A stretch of 64,000 bases of DNA from an uncultured Lachnospiraceae bacterium (GCA_902774125.1 CACYHD010000001.1:2058-66057); one strand, 5' to 3'; shown: positions 21,201 through 31,113, counted from the stretch's first letter. The notes: a model not told the origin generated them from the sequence alone. Program-made: numbers and translations.

Positions 21201-23233
21201 TATATTTCTCTAAGTGCTCTCTCTGATACGTTAGCATCATATCCAGTTCTTGCTTCCTCCTGGTTGTTGCATGCCATGTGCTTAAGTGTAACTGTTGCAC
21301 CTGCACTCTGCATTCCTGTTGTCTCTGCAGCCGCCATCATACCTGATAGCAATGGGTCCTCTGCAAAGTACTCAAAGTTACGTCCGTTAAGAGGATTTCT
21401 GTGGATATTGATACCAGGTCCTAGAAGTGCATCGATTTCGTTGAGAACTAACTCCTCACCTTCAATCTTGAATAATTTTTCTATTAGATCAAGATTCCAT
21501 GTTGATGCTATACATGTTCCGTTAGGCATTGATGATGCCTTGTCGCTACTTCTAATTCCGGATGGACCGTCCGCACAGCATGCTCTTGCAATGTTATATT
21601 TTTCAACAAGGTCAGAACCATCCTCAGCTCTAACTCCACCAAAAGCACCTGCCACACCACCGGTAACTCCGCCTGGTGACATTCCATCACCCTTTACTAT
21701 AGCCATCAATTCATTGTCTGTTAGCTGAGCAATAAACTGATCCATAGTAACAGTTCCTTTTTCAACATCTGTCAACTTGTAGCCTTTGTATTCTGTCTGC
21801 TTGATTTCCTTAGGCATAGAGTCGTTGATTTTTTGCATTACATCTGTTGTTCTCTTAGGAACTTTTTCATATGTAAGCTTGAACTCATCTCCGTTTTCTA
21901 CAGGCTTCATTCTCTCGAAGTCCATAGATGGAGCCATCTGTTCTGATAACTGTTCAACAACTTTTAAGCTCTGCTGATTGTATGTGTATTCATGCGATGC
22001 AGATCTTACATTGTCGCCTACATAAACCTTATAATTGCCAGCTTCTAGAACGTAAGCTGAGTCATGTCCTGTAACTCCGCTATCATCATAAGAAGCCATG
22101 TCATCTATATTGAAGCTAAGTGTAATTTCTTGTGATTCGCCTGCTTCAAGCAACTTAGTCTTGGCAAAAGCCGCAAGCTCTCTAGCCGGCTGACCTAGCT
22201 TACCTTGTGGTGCACCATAGTACACCTGCACAACTTGCTTGCCGGCTCTATGGCCAGTGTTTTTGACCTTAGTTTTTACAGTAATTTTTTTGTCGTTGTT
22301 TGTTGTAGAAATTGTATCTATATCAAACGTTGTATAAGAAAGACCGTAGCCAAAAGGATACATTACCTTATCCTTGGCAAATGTCTCAAAATATCTATAT
22401 CCAACATAAATATCTTCCTGATATCTAAGTGTAGTTCCGCCGTAATTATCTGCAGATGGATAATCCTTGTAGTCATATGCAATAGTATCTGGCAAGTGTC
22501 CGCTTGGATTAACATCACCTGTAATAATATCTGCAGCAACGTCGCCACCGATCATTCCGCCTTGCCAAACATATAGCACTGCATCTATTGAATACTTGTC
22601 TACCCATTTCATATCGATTATGTTGCTGACATTAAGTACAACTGTGACCTTGTTGAACTGAGCTGAAACTTTGCTTAGCATATCTTCTTCGGCCTCTGTC
22701 AAAACATAACTGTCTGTTGACTTGTTGTCCTGATCCTCGCCGGCTGTACGGCCAATCACTACCAGTGCGGCGTCTGAGTGGGAGGCAGCAGTCGCCACAA
22801 CATCGTCCTTAAGGGGCATTTCTTTCTGGTAGTGTGGTTCTGAAGCCCAACCTCCACCAGCTACAAAAGGATTCGCATCATCCCATTCAGCATAAATAGA
22901 AGCTAGTTCCTCATTAACTTTGACCGAACCATTTTTTCTCAGGCCGTCTAATATATTAACTTCATATGGCACATTAACAAAGCCGCCTGAGCCTGTACCT
23001 GTCTTGTAATAGTGAAGTTGCATACGACCAAAAACAGATACTTTGGTACCGCCGTCGTATGGCAATGTGTTATTGTCGTTTTTTAACAGCACGCAACCTT
23101 CTGCTGCTGCCTGTCTGCTTATTCCTGCAACATCATCTAACACTTTGGCTTGTGTTTTTACCGCCGGGGTCCAAGCTAGTGTTGTCACCAACATTGCAAT
23201 AGAACAAATAATTGAGATAATTCTTTTTTTCAT
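18239..23233 (-). CDS. second secreted multi-domain GH3 beta-glucosidase, paralog of 9714-14042 with an extra F5/8 type C domain and Thr/Pro linker
   Basis: Same GH3 motifs (IVMTDWW, RNFEYFAEDP); near-colinear with the first copy; extra DNYAKSRWASE...RGRYVKI domain. Confidence 0.9.
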   Translation of the reverse strand: MKKRIISIICSIAMLVTTLAWTPAVKTQAKVLDDVAGISRQAAAEGCVLLKNDNNTLPYDGGTKVSVFGRMQLHYYKTGTGSGGFVNVPYEVNILDGLRKNGSVKVNEELASIYAEWDDANPFVAGGGWASEPHYQKEMPLKDDVVATAASHSDAALVVIGRTAGEDQDNKSTDSYVLTEAEEDMLSKVSAQFNKVTVVLNVSNIIDMKWVDKYSIDAVLYVWQGGMIGGDVAADIITGDVNPSGHLPDTIAYDYKDYPSADNYGGTTLRYQEDIYVGYRYFETFAKDKVMYPFGYGLSYTTFDIDTISTTNNDKKITVKTKVKNTGHRAGKQVVQVYYGAPQGKLGQPARELAAFAKTKLLEAGESQEITLSFNIDDMASYDDSGVTGHDSAYVLEAGNYKVYVGDNVRSASHEYTYNQQSLKVVEQLSEQMAPSMDFERMKPVENGDEFKLTYEKVPKRTTDVMQKINDSMPKEIKQTEYKGYKLTDVEKGTVTMDQFIAQLTDNELMAIVKGDGMSPGGVTGGVAGAFGGVRAEDGSDLVEKYNIARACCADGPSGIRSSDKASSMPNGTCIASTWNLDLIEKLFKIEGEELVLNEIDALLGPGINIHRNPLNGRNFEYFAEDPLLSGMMAAAETTGMQSAGATVTLKHMACNNQEEARTGYDANVSERALREIYLKTYEIAVKSSEPRAIMTSYNKVNGFYSASNYEMNTEILRKEWGYTGIVMTDWWANKNKNLGNLSAGTSVNYTASMVKAQNDLDMVSVSGTDLKDSLQSGYLKRSELQRCAINVCNYVMKSQAFARLKGVEFVPYKSTITDWFDTSISEMGDPKLSGISVGGRAIKVFKPYTMEYKVYNPLESDNLPEVKATAQDKETVTIKQATLDNPVAKIYVKEDGEQAIYRVIFTNEGNITPVFDNPRYAVLTGIKINDKSLPEFDSSVFSYAIALDDPSVEPTITPVANDDVNVKVTYDKKTKQARITCQTTDQANYYSLNFGGYPKSDEFDGMELSKNWTIENENDKNWLIGGGILSIKTERGSLYEGYNNANNVFAQQAYGNWEAVAKVNVDTTGWSRYQNVGVAVKQDDNNYIALKLEHSGTDLKLQWAQEKKGTAETVNEKDLPKDFKGELYFKICKKGNLYTGSFSIDGKEYTKMDRYLSAAYSNPQYSLIVINTEGVGTSTTQRYDYVHFDTNIEIAPPVKIDGTTKLKVAELEPIDMSSIIRSEDCSDVGEGKNFGYCDGGEFVSYNIDVIKDGAYDLMARVASNESNTAQMQLIIYLDDQVLGSYYISGTGGYQEWVTTDAKEVNLPKGEHKIKIYFATSGMNLNWIKFKSRTENDDPDDTATIFNSRTSDPVTFDEQKEINGVTYDNCVRDEKVKAFASSQENNNSAVEYAIDNYAKSRWASEMDKDPQYVIVELNGVFEIHEIDINWEGASAKSYQVLVSEDGSNWEEAYFVEKASKNNRVDEIQFRAPVRGRYVKILGLSRTTTYGYSIYEIGIYGQETESDVVPHLVIETTTKARATTKPTIKPTTKPTTEATTSKKESEVTKSVANNDVTNKTISASSSAPKAKVKKASKKLRSNTIKISLKKIKKISRYQIQISKKAKFKKKNIIIKKTVKKATSKIKSKKLKGKKKLWVRARAIKNSGNNPSYGKWSNKKKVKIVK

Positions 23234-23282
23234 TTTCGTCTCCTTTTTGGTTGAAAAATAAATCCGTTTGTTTAATCAACGC

Positions 23283-23325
23283 CATTATACAATCATTTCA
23301 ATAGGTGTGGTTATTCCGGATTAGT
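23283..23325 (-). promoter_or_regulatory. second copy of GH3 promoter architecture
   Basis: CATTATACAA and GTTATTCCGGATTAGT on plus strand, spaced as at 14081-14123. Confidence 0.65.
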
Positions 23326-23440
23326 TAAGGATTTATGCAAAAAAAGAATATAACTCTCTAACCCCTTTTTTTATGGGCTTTTCTCAGTGGCCGTTTTCTT
23401 GACATTGTCATTTTTTTTAGTTAAATTTATGTTATATTGA

Positions 23441-24346
23441 TTGATAATGGTTGCCCTAGGCAACAATTCGGAGGGAAAAATGGATATAACTTATCTCAAA
23501 TATTTCAAAGATGCAGCTTTTTATGAGAACTTCTCCAAGGCGGCCCAGGCCAACTTTGTTCCTCAGTCGTCTATAAGCAAAGCTGTAAAGGCACTAGAAT
23601 TGCAATACGAAACTAATCTTTTTGACCGCGTTGGAAAAAGCATTTTTCTCAATGACAACGGTCGCTTTTTATACGAGAAGGTATGTCAGATATTAGATAA
23701 TCTTCAGGAATGCGAGCAGCATTTTAGTTATGCCAGTCAGCAAAATATTTCTATTTATGTTCAAGATGCGGGCTTTTTTATCGCCCTTCTATCTGCTGAT
23801 TATATGCGTTCTCATCCTAAGCACCATCTATCACATCTTTCCTATCTAGATGTGCAGCACTCCTCGGGTCACGCCTTTGACTTCACTTTCATGCCGCTAC
23901 TAGATGACATGGATGGCTACAACTATGAGGAACTGCTTACTGATGAGTTCGTGCTTTTAGTTTCTAAGGATCGTCCTTTGGCACAATACGAAGAGATTTC
24001 AGTAGACCAGCTAAAAGACGAGGAATTCATCTGCCTGTATTCTTCCATGTGGGCTAGAATTCTAACCAATTCATTTTGTAGGGAAGAAGGTGGTTTTGAC
24101 CCTAATGTTATATACGAAACTAACGATGAGGATGTTATATTGTATCTTGTTGCCAAAAATGAAGGGATTACCCTTTTTCCAAGAAGAATGTACTACATAC
24201 ATCCTGAAGAAAACATACAAGTAGTGAAACTCAAAAAGGCTATCACAACTACATCAGTTATAGCTTGGCAAAAGGACAAGAAACTTTCCAAGACAGAACA
24301 GGGATTTTTGGAGTTTGCTAAACAATGGTTCGATAAGTACAAGTAA
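23441..24346 (+). CDS. LysR-family regulator
   Basis: MDITYLKYF...NFSKAAQANFVPQSSISKAVKALE...LFDRVGK HTH; divergent from GH3; TTGACA at 23399. Confidence 0.92.
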   Translation: MIMVALGNNSEGKMDITYLKYFKDAAFYENFSKAAQANFVPQSSISKAVKALELQYETNLFDRVGKSIFLNDNGRFLYEKVCQILDNLQECEQHFSYASQQNISIYVQDAGFFIALLSADYMRSHPKHHLSHLSYLDVQHSSGHAFDFTFMPLLDDMDGYNYEELLTDEFVLLVSKDRPLAQYEEISVDQLKDEEFICLYSSMWARILTNSFCREEGGFDPNVIYETNDEDVILYLVAKNEGITLFPRRMYYIHPEENIQVVKLKKAITTTSVIAWQKDKKLSKTEQGFLEFAKQWFDKYK

Positions 24347-24431
24347 GTATGACCCCCAGCAATCACTATTTAGATAATAGAATGATAGATAAGGGTATAG
24401 TATAATAATTATTAGATAAGGGAGGCACGGT

Positions 24432-26123
24432 ATGAAAAAATATAAAAAGTTGACAGCAATTGTTTCAAGTATGGTTTTGGTTCTTACTACACTAGCATAT
24501 ACTGGTATCCAAAAAGGCCCTAACACACTTGCAGACGAAATAACTAGTCAACAAACTGAAGCGCAACAAAGCGAGACTACTGAAGCTCAACAAAGCGAGA
24601 CTACTGAAGCAAATACGGAAGAGTCTGAATCAGTAACAGAAGCGCCAACGACAGAACCTGAAATAGGCACAGTCGATTATGCGTATTCTTTTGTTTCACA
24701 CTATGAGATATTCACTGATTCTAATGATAACGGAACCGGCTTAGTTACACAGAACGGAATTACATTAGATAATGTTACTGCCAACGCTTCAGCAGATGGC
24801 GCAGAGGCTGTTATAGATAATGACGACTCTACTTTTTGGAACGCTGAAGGTGGCGAACAATGGTTGACTTTGGATTTGGGCAAGGTCCAAACAATAAAGG
24901 AAATCGACTACTGGTGGGCATACGACAACACTGCCCTAAGTTATGAAGTTATGGTTTCAACATACGGCAATGATTACACTACTATCGCCACAGTGAACAA
25001 TAATTCTTTCTATGATAACCGCTTGGACATGATAGTTCTATCTAACTCCATTAGCGCTAGATATATCAAAATTAATATGACAGAAAGTAACGCCGGAGAT
25101 GTGTATTCTCTATTTGATGTTGCAGTCTATGATGATTCTAATTACAACACAATAACGGATTACCTGGCAAAAATAAATACAACCGATAACTTAGCTTACA
25201 AGAAAACTCCTATAGTGGCTCGTTACAACAACGAAGGCCAAGCGAGAAGATACTGTGACGGCAAACTTAATACAGGGTGGCGCGCCAACAAACCAACTGA
25301 CAACTCTTGGTTTGCAATCGACCTCAAGGACTATTACAACATTAAGGATGTAATGGTATGTTGGTCCGATTGTAACGCTATTGCTTATGATATTTATGCC
25401 GGTTCTATACCAGATTGGTACGGTGAAGAACCAGTTGCTTCAGTGAGAGGTCTTTGGGAAAACAAAGCTGTATCAGTCGTTACAAAGGACATTAATGTCA
25501 AGGCTAGATATATTAAAATCAATGTTGAGGAATGGAGCGAAAATTCAGAACGCGACGGAATACAACCGCTCGAGATTGCTGTTTTTGGCGACAAAGCAGA
25601 AGGTTACTACTCCATAAGGGATTATAAGTGGGTTCGGCCTTGGATATACCCAGAAGAGGAAGGCAAGATTTTCTCAGGATGGTTCACTGATGATACATTG
25701 ACTGAATCTTATTGTGATGAAGATGGATATGCTTTTTCTAAGTTCATTGATGCGAAGGCGTTAACAGTTCAGTTCCAAAAAAAGAATGACAATACTGCAG
25801 TTCGCTTCGTTAGTACAATCGACAAGAGGTTGGATGATTATGATTCAATCGGATTCGACTTTTCGGGAACTTATGGCGACGCTACTATTTCTTCAAAATC
25901 TAAAGAATGTCAAACAGTTTATAATACTATAATTGCTAACCATGAGAGGCTTACTCCTAACGCAGCATTCGACAACGATGACTCAACATACTTCTTCACC
26001 TATACTATTAGGGCAATGGACGGAACTACTCCATCAACCTGGAATGTCACACCATTCTACATAACAAAAGATGGAACTAAGGTGACAGGCCCAAGCAATA
26101 CATTCGAATTAAATATTGAGTAA
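24432..26123 (+). CDS. secreted protein with two F5/8 type C domains and an uncharacterised C-terminal domain
   Basis: Signal peptide; QQSETTEA tandem repeat (about 24560-24610); WLTLDLG/WFAIDL...ARYIKI domains. Confidence 0.75.
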   Translation: MKKYKKLTAIVSSMVLVLTTLAYTGIQKGPNTLADEITSQQTEAQQSETTEAQQSETTEANTEESESVTEAPTTEPEIGTVDYAYSFVSHYEIFTDSNDNGTGLVTQNGITLDNVTANASADGAEAVIDNDDSTFWNAEGGEQWLTLDLGKVQTIKEIDYWWAYDNTALSYEVMVSTYGNDYTTIATVNNNSFYDNRLDMIVLSNSISARYIKINMTESNAGDVYSLFDVAVYDDSNYNTITDYLAKINTTDNLAYKKTPIVARYNNEGQARRYCDGKLNTGWRANKPTDNSWFAIDLKDYYNIKDVMVCWSDCNAIAYDIYAGSIPDWYGEEPVASVRGLWENKAVSVVTKDINVKARYIKINVEEWSENSERDGIQPLEIAVFGDKAEGYYSIRDYKWVRPWIYPEEEGKIFSGWFTDDTLTESYCDEDGYAFSKFIDAKALTVQFQKKNDNTAVRFVSTIDKRLDDYDSIGFDFSGTYGDATISSKSKECQTVYNTIIANHERLTPNAAFDNDDSTYFFTYTIRAMDGTTPSTWNVTPFYITKDGTKVTGPSNTFELNIE

Positions 26124-26128
26124 CAAAT

Positions 26129-26193
26129 AAAAAATCCAAGTTTGTTAGATTAATTGGTTGTTTTAACCTCTTAACTAAAAACTTGGATTTTTT
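26129..26193. terminator. bidirectional terminator
   Basis: AAAAATCCAAGTTT...AAACTTGGATTTTT between convergent genes. Confidence 0.75.
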
Positions 26194-26210
26194 GTGCTTA
26201 ATAATAATTA

Positions 26211-28247
26211 TTATTCATCGAGTTCAATTGATACTTCACCAGTTAAGCCTTGTTCATCATATTCGTTAAGTATAATGTAATATGTTGCTCCAGCTTCGAG
26301 ATCTACATTAAAATCAAAATTGAGATTAGTAATTGTTATATCATCATCTGATCCTATAAAACTCATATCAGGACCTATAACTGCACAAGCCGGATCTCCG
26401 TCTCCGGTAGCGAAGTTACTTGCGATTCGATAACTTCCAGAAACTTCTGGCACAAACTTAAAGAATAAATAATCATTATTAGGTATTATTGCCTGGTTGA
26501 CGCCAATGGCAGCTTCTTCGTATGGTACTTCACTATAAGTGATTTCTGGTGATACTTCCATGTCGCCAGTAACAGTTAGAAGAATCTTTGCCAAGAACTT
26601 GAACAACTTGTTATTTTCCATAAAGAAACCTTTATTGAATAAGTTGTATGTTCCTGCAGGGAGTGTCAAAAGATTACCATATCCAACAAAATCACCATCT
26701 TCATATTTTTCGTCCTCAGCTATTCTCCAATCACCATACTTAATATTAGCATTAGGACTTATCATATTGATGGCATATACATTATTCATAACAAAGTTAA
26801 CTGTTGTGTCCTCTGTTACATTCTTGTTAGGCTCTATTTTTTCGACATCTTTATAGGAGCAGTAAATGTTACACTTACCTTTTTTAACATAAGCTTCATA
26901 ATAACCGTTTTGGTCAGTTTCGCCTGTGACAAACTCTGTTGTACTATCAAATGTGAATGGGTAAGCTGATATACTTGCACCAGTAATTGGGGCTCCACTT
27001 TTTGTTTTGACATAACCACTTATCTTGGCCATCGCCTCAACTATTACCTTAACAGTGATGTCCTTGTGAACCTCTCCATCAGTTATTCTTACTTGGGCTG
27101 TGTGTTCGCCAACTTTATCAAAGTCGAATCCCACTTCACCATTGTCTTGAATAAAGAAACCTTCATCTGATCCATCTAGTAGACTATAAGTTTGCTTGTT
27201 AGTTGGTCCACCATCTGCAAAAATGAAAACAGTTCCGTTAGCTGTAAATTTGCCATCTTCCATATGTCCATATACTGTTATATCTCTACAGTAAGCAGAT
27301 ATAGTTTGGGCATCGCCTATAGCGAATATCTGTTCATAGTTATAAACGACTCCATCGCCATCCTTGATTTTAATAGGAACAATATATACTCCGGCTTCGT
27401 TAACTGTACCCTTGAAATTTATAAAACCTTTTGGATCAACTGTGCATTGAAGATCGCCAGGCATTTTTCCAACGCTAACAAGTGAGCAGTCGCCTACTCC
27501 AACCATACAAGTATCTTCATCGTCAATTAGCTGGCCAACCGTGCCATAAGTATAGCCGCGGTATGTGAAATCTTCAGACATATAAATTCTGCACTCAGCA
27601 ACAACTGTGCTATTTTTAATGGAGAATCTAAAATATTCATAATCTAGATCAAGCTCGCCCTCAAGAACAACTGAATATTCCTTCTTGTCACTAGTTGTTA
27701 CATAGAATGGAGTATCGATTTTCTTATACTCGCCATTTTTTCCTATTTTGGCTTCAATAGTCAAATCTTCAGCTTTAAGATCCTTCTCCATATTGAAGTT
27801 TAACAAGAAAACGCTAAAATCAATGTTTGTTGCTTCCATAGTAAGTACTTTAGGTACATCTGGAATAATCTCAGGAGAACTCTTAGCTTTGACTTTAATA
27901 GTCATTACATATTTTTTCTTCTTGTTAGTCTTAGATCTAACTGTAACCTTAGCCTTGCCGGCCTTCAAAGCCTTTAATGTTATTTTTTTGCCCTTCTTAG
28001 TTACCTTTAAAACTTTTTTCTTAGATGACTTAACTGTAAACTTGGCGTACTTCTTCTTTGACGCCTTAATCTTTACCTTGAAAGTTTTCTTCTGACCTAC
28101 TGTCAATGTCATCTTCTTTTTGGCTTTTTGTACTTTGAGACTTTTTACCTTGCCCTTACTCTTAGCAAAAGCAGGCTGGGCACTTGCTCCAAAAACAGTA
28201 ACAAAAGCCAGCATCATTACCATTACAAAAGATGCTAAACGTTTCAT
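26211..28247 (-). CDS. secreted protein: Lys-rich Ig-like N-terminal domain, Ig/cadherin-like repeats, carboxypeptidase-regulatory-like domain and PPC-like C-terminus
   Basis: Signal peptide; ISGYVKTKSGAPITGASI..TDQNGYY; FKFVPEVSGSYRI...DLEAGATYYI. Confidence 0.6.
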   Translation of the reverse strand: MKRLASFVMVMMLAFVTVFGASAQPAFAKSKGKVKSLKVQKAKKKMTLTVGQKKTFKVKIKASKKKYAKFTVKSSKKKVLKVTKKGKKITLKALKAGKAKVTVRSKTNKKKKYVMTIKVKAKSSPEIIPDVPKVLTMEATNIDFSVFLLNFNMEKDLKAEDLTIEAKIGKNGEYKKIDTPFYVTTSDKKEYSVVLEGELDLDYEYFRFSIKNSTVVAECRIYMSEDFTYRGYTYGTVGQLIDDEDTCMVGVGDCSLVSVGKMPGDLQCTVDPKGFINFKGTVNEAGVYIVPIKIKDGDGVVYNYEQIFAIGDAQTISAYCRDITVYGHMEDGKFTANGTVFIFADGGPTNKQTYSLLDGSDEGFFIQDNGEVGFDFDKVGEHTAQVRITDGEVHKDITVKVIVEAMAKISGYVKTKSGAPITGASISAYPFTFDSTTEFVTGETDQNGYYEAYVKKGKCNIYCSYKDVEKIEPNKNVTEDTTVNFVMNNVYAINMISPNANIKYGDWRIAEDEKYEDGDFVGYGNLLTLPAGTYNLFNKGFFMENNKLFKFLAKILLTVTGDMEVSPEITYSEVPYEEAAIGVNQAIIPNNDYLFFKFVPEVSGSYRIASNFATGDGDPACAVIGPDMSFIGSDDDITITNLNFDFNVDLEAGATYYIILNEYDEQGLTGEVSIELDE

Positions 28248-28320
28248 AAATATTCACTTCCTTTCCGAAATCTTGGTAATTCCATTTTAACACAAAAAGG
28301 TCGTTTATTAAAAGATAATA

Positions 28321-28887
28321 TTACTTTTCCACTACACCTACATAGTCCAGTTCTCTGTATTTTTGATCATAGTCTAAGCCAAAACCAACGACGAAGTAGT
28401 CATCAATTGTAAATCCCACATAGTCAACATCCACGTTTTCCTTTCGTCTGGATGGCTTGTCTAGTAGAGTTGTGATACTCACGCTAGCAGGGCCATGTTC
28501 CTTGAGTATTGGAACAAGTGATGAAAGGGTAATTCCAGTGTCGATAATGTCCTCTACTATCAGGACATTTTTATTCTCGATAGAAGTGCTTAGGTCTTGC
28601 TCTATATCGATGGAGCCCTTGCTTGTAGTTCCTCTTCCGTAGCTCGAAACTTTCATAAAATCGATTTCAACTGGAACGTTAATATGCTTGGCAAGCTCGC
28701 ATGCATAGAAAACGCCTCCCTTCAATATGCAGACTAGAAGCAATTCTTGGCCCGCATAGTCTCTGTTGATTTGCCTAGCTATCGTGCGTATTCTCTTATT
28801 TATTTTTCTCTTGCTAATTAATTTTTTTATTTTCATTCTTGTTATCCTGGCCTTCTTTTGACTGAGCATTCGCATCTCCATAACCAT
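28321..28887 (-). CDS. hpt: hypoxanthine phosphoribosyltransferase
   Basis: CILKGG, VLIVEDIIDTGITL PRPP motif, FVVGFGLDYDQKYR. Confidence 0.95.
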   Translation of the reverse strand: MVMEMRMLSQKKARITRMKIKKLISKRKINKRIRTIARQINRDYAGQELLLVCILKGGVFYACELAKHINVPVEIDFMKVSSYGRGTTSKGSIDIEQDLSTSIENKNVLIVEDIIDTGITLSSLVPILKEHGPASVSITTLLDKPSRRKENVDVDYVGFTIDDYFVVGFGLDYDQKYRELDYVGVVEK

Positions 28888-28923
28888 TTTCTATTTCTTT
28901 GCGTATCATAGCATCTACATCTA

Positions 28924-29466
28924 TCACAATACCTCCAATCTAAGTGTCTCCATTATCATTGAAGATTTAGGGACAGCTTCTGCGTAATCTTGAATTGCTC
29001 TAATATCCAAATCATTAACTATTTCCCTATAGTTTAATAAAATTTCCTTATAATAATCAAATGGCAAAGTATTCTTATGCCTCAATAATTCAACTAATAA
29101 TCTTTCCTTGGAATAGATATTTATAACATAATCATTAACCTCTTCCTTAGTTACTCCAAGAGACAATATTTCACTCTTCTCAAATATCTGGATAACTCGC
29201 TTATCAGATATTTTTGCAGCATTTCTATCTGTAGCCAGATAATATTTATCTGGAATAACATCAGTAAGATTATAATGATAAAATGCTGTATTTAAAGTAA
29301 AAACAGCCTTAGGATATTTTTTAGCAATGATATTTTTTTCTGGAACATATTTTTCATCAGAATATATTCCTTTTTCTAATTGATATATTATCTCTGACTC
29401 TACAGCTTTTTTTACTAAATATTTACTTCCAAAACGTTTTATACATTCCTCATATGAATAGATCAT
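28924..29466 (-). CDS. AbiEi-like (type IV TA) antitoxin, apparently orphan
   Basis: LEKGIYS, AVFTLNTAFYHYNLTDVIP and IYSKERLLVELLR resemble the AbiEi family. Confidence 0.7.
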   Translation of the reverse strand: MIYSYEECIKRFGSKYLVKKAVESEIIYQLEKGIYSDEKYVPEKNIIAKKYPKAVFTLNTAFYHYNLTDVIPDKYYLATDRNAAKISDKRVIQIFEKSEILSLGVTKEEVNDYVINIYSKERLLVELLRHKNTLPFDYYKEILLNYREIVNDLDIRAIQDYAEAVPKSSMIMETLRLEVL

Positions 29467-29741
29467 TTTTCTAAACCTCCGCTTTTTTTCTTTTTTTGCG
29501 TATGTTTAGTTAAATTATAATCTATTGTTCTTTATATGGCAACACTGTTGCTTTATATCGATAGGTCTAAAAGAATAAAATCTTGATTATTTATTTCAAT
29601 CCACTGTTTTGGATTACGCTAGAAATGCCTATAATAAAAAACTTCTGCTGTGTTAATCATTATTTATCATCTCCCCTAAAAAATGCAATATTCTGCGTTT
29701 TAAGTGTTGTTTGCGTGCTTAATATGCAGTTTGTTGCGTTT

Positions 29742-30431
29742 TTAATCCAACTCCACAACTTTATAATACAAGCACTGGTACTTTCCCATATCTCGATTCA
29801 TATGCCAGTGTCCAAAGTACCACTTCTCAAATTCTGTCACCTCAGATATATGGTCGAAGTATCGGTTAATCTCCTTCTCACCTTTTTCCGTGTCGCCATA
29901 TGCAAGTATACGAGCTATCTCGCTAGGACAAGTATGAGTTAGGATGTAGTCAACCTTATAATCATGCTGCTCAAGGTTCTTAATTCCCTCGTCATATTCT
30001 TCCTTAGACGGCATCTCTTGTGGCCACCAGGACTTTCCTTCGTGACGCATCCATCTATCAATCGACAAGCCTCCGCCCATGACAAAAAACTTCTTGCCCT
30101 CAATTTCAAAGACCTGCCCGCGCATCAAGTGAATAATATCATCTGTTATAAAATGAACCTTGCCGCCATTCCACTCCTTTACTGGAAACTTAGCAATCTC
30201 ATCAAAATTCTCGTGGTTGCCATCAAGCCACAAAACAGTGCAGGGAAGTTTTTGAAGCCTTTTCCTGAGATTGTAATCTCCCCATTTGCCATCCCAGCAA
30301 ACTCCAACATCACCTAGAATTATGACATAATCATCCTTAGTTATTTCCTTAGTTTTTCGTTCTTCTACAAAAAACATTTCTAATCTTCTAAGGTCTATCG
30401 TTCCGTGTGTATCTCCTGTTATCCATATCAT
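29742..30431 (-). CDS. calcineurin-like metallophosphoesterase
   Basis: GDTHG, LGDVG, DGNHE, ILTHTCP and FGHWH motifs. Confidence 0.9.
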   Translation of the reverse strand: MIWITGDTHGTIDLRRLEMFFVEERKTKEITKDDYVIILGDVGVCWDGKWGDYNLRKRLQKLPCTVLWLDGNHENFDEIAKFPVKEWNGGKVHFITDDIIHLMRGQVFEIEGKKFFVMGGGLSIDRWMRHEGKSWWPQEMPSKEEYDEGIKNLEQHDYKVDYILTHTCPSEIARILAYGDTEKGEKEINRYFDHISEVTEFEKWYFGHWHMNRDMGKYQCLYYKVVELD

Positions 30432-30540
30432 AATAATTCACTCCCCATTTAAATATACATATGAACTTTTACAGTTACCATTAAAACAACTAGAATTATT
30501 TAATATCAACATTACGAATCAGCATCTAAAACAATTTATT

Positions 30541-31113
30541 CTAAACCTTTTCCAACTTCATCATTTCAGCTATCTGCTCAATACTGACAGGCTTATAATC
30601 ATTGGCATCCACGCCCACATCATAGATTCTAAGTCCTAATTCACTATTCTTAACATCATGCCCCCAAGCAAAACGATCACAATATTTCTTCCCAAGATTT
30701 TCCTTATTATATAAACCGTCCGAATGGATATGCCCATGGAGATGAACCGAACCATAATGGCCTGTGTTCCATTCGAGTATTGGAAAATGAAATAGCACGA
30801 ACCTACCATACTCTGTCTTTAATTCTTTGTAAGTATATACTGACTCAAAAATCTTATCTCCCGTATAGTCCTTATCATGATTACCTTTCACCAAATGAAT
30901 ATGCTTACATTTAATCTTTCTCCTTAATTCACGCACTTCGTCTGTATTTATCCTAAATGCGAAGTCCCCCAACACCCAGAGTTCATCATCTTCACCTACA
31001 ACACTGTTAATATTGTTTATCAGTGTTTCGTTCATTTCTTCAACGGACTCAAACGGCCTTCTTTTGATAGCATTAGCATGCCCTAAATGTAAATCACTTG
31101 TAAAATTAATCAT
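30541..31113 (-). CDS. calcineurin-like metallophosphoesterase (MGE/phage-type small clade)
   Basis: SDLHLGH, LGDF, GNHD, HFP, HLHGHIH and DVGVD motifs. Confidence 0.88.
   Translation of the reverse strand: MINFTSDLHLGHANAIKRRPFESVEEMNETLINNINSVVGEDDELWVLGDFAFRINTDEVRELRRKIKCKHIHLVKGNHDKDYTGDKIFESVYTYKELKTEYGRFVLFHFPILEWNTGHYGSVHLHGHIHSDGLYNKENLGKKYCDRFAWGHDVKNSELGLRIYDVGVDANDYKPVSIEQIAEMMKLEKV

Noticed and set aside
760-22576. Many short plus-strand ORFs in the track (e.g. 760-1149, 2002-2358, 14484-14960, 21135-21728)
   Set aside because: Antisense shadows of long, well-supported minus-strand genes; no RBS or motifs. The same applies to the short antisense ORFs from 26 to 64 kb.
24558-24610. 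24-bp tandem repeat
   Set aside because: In-frame coding linker repeat (QQSETTEA), not CRISPR or regulatory.
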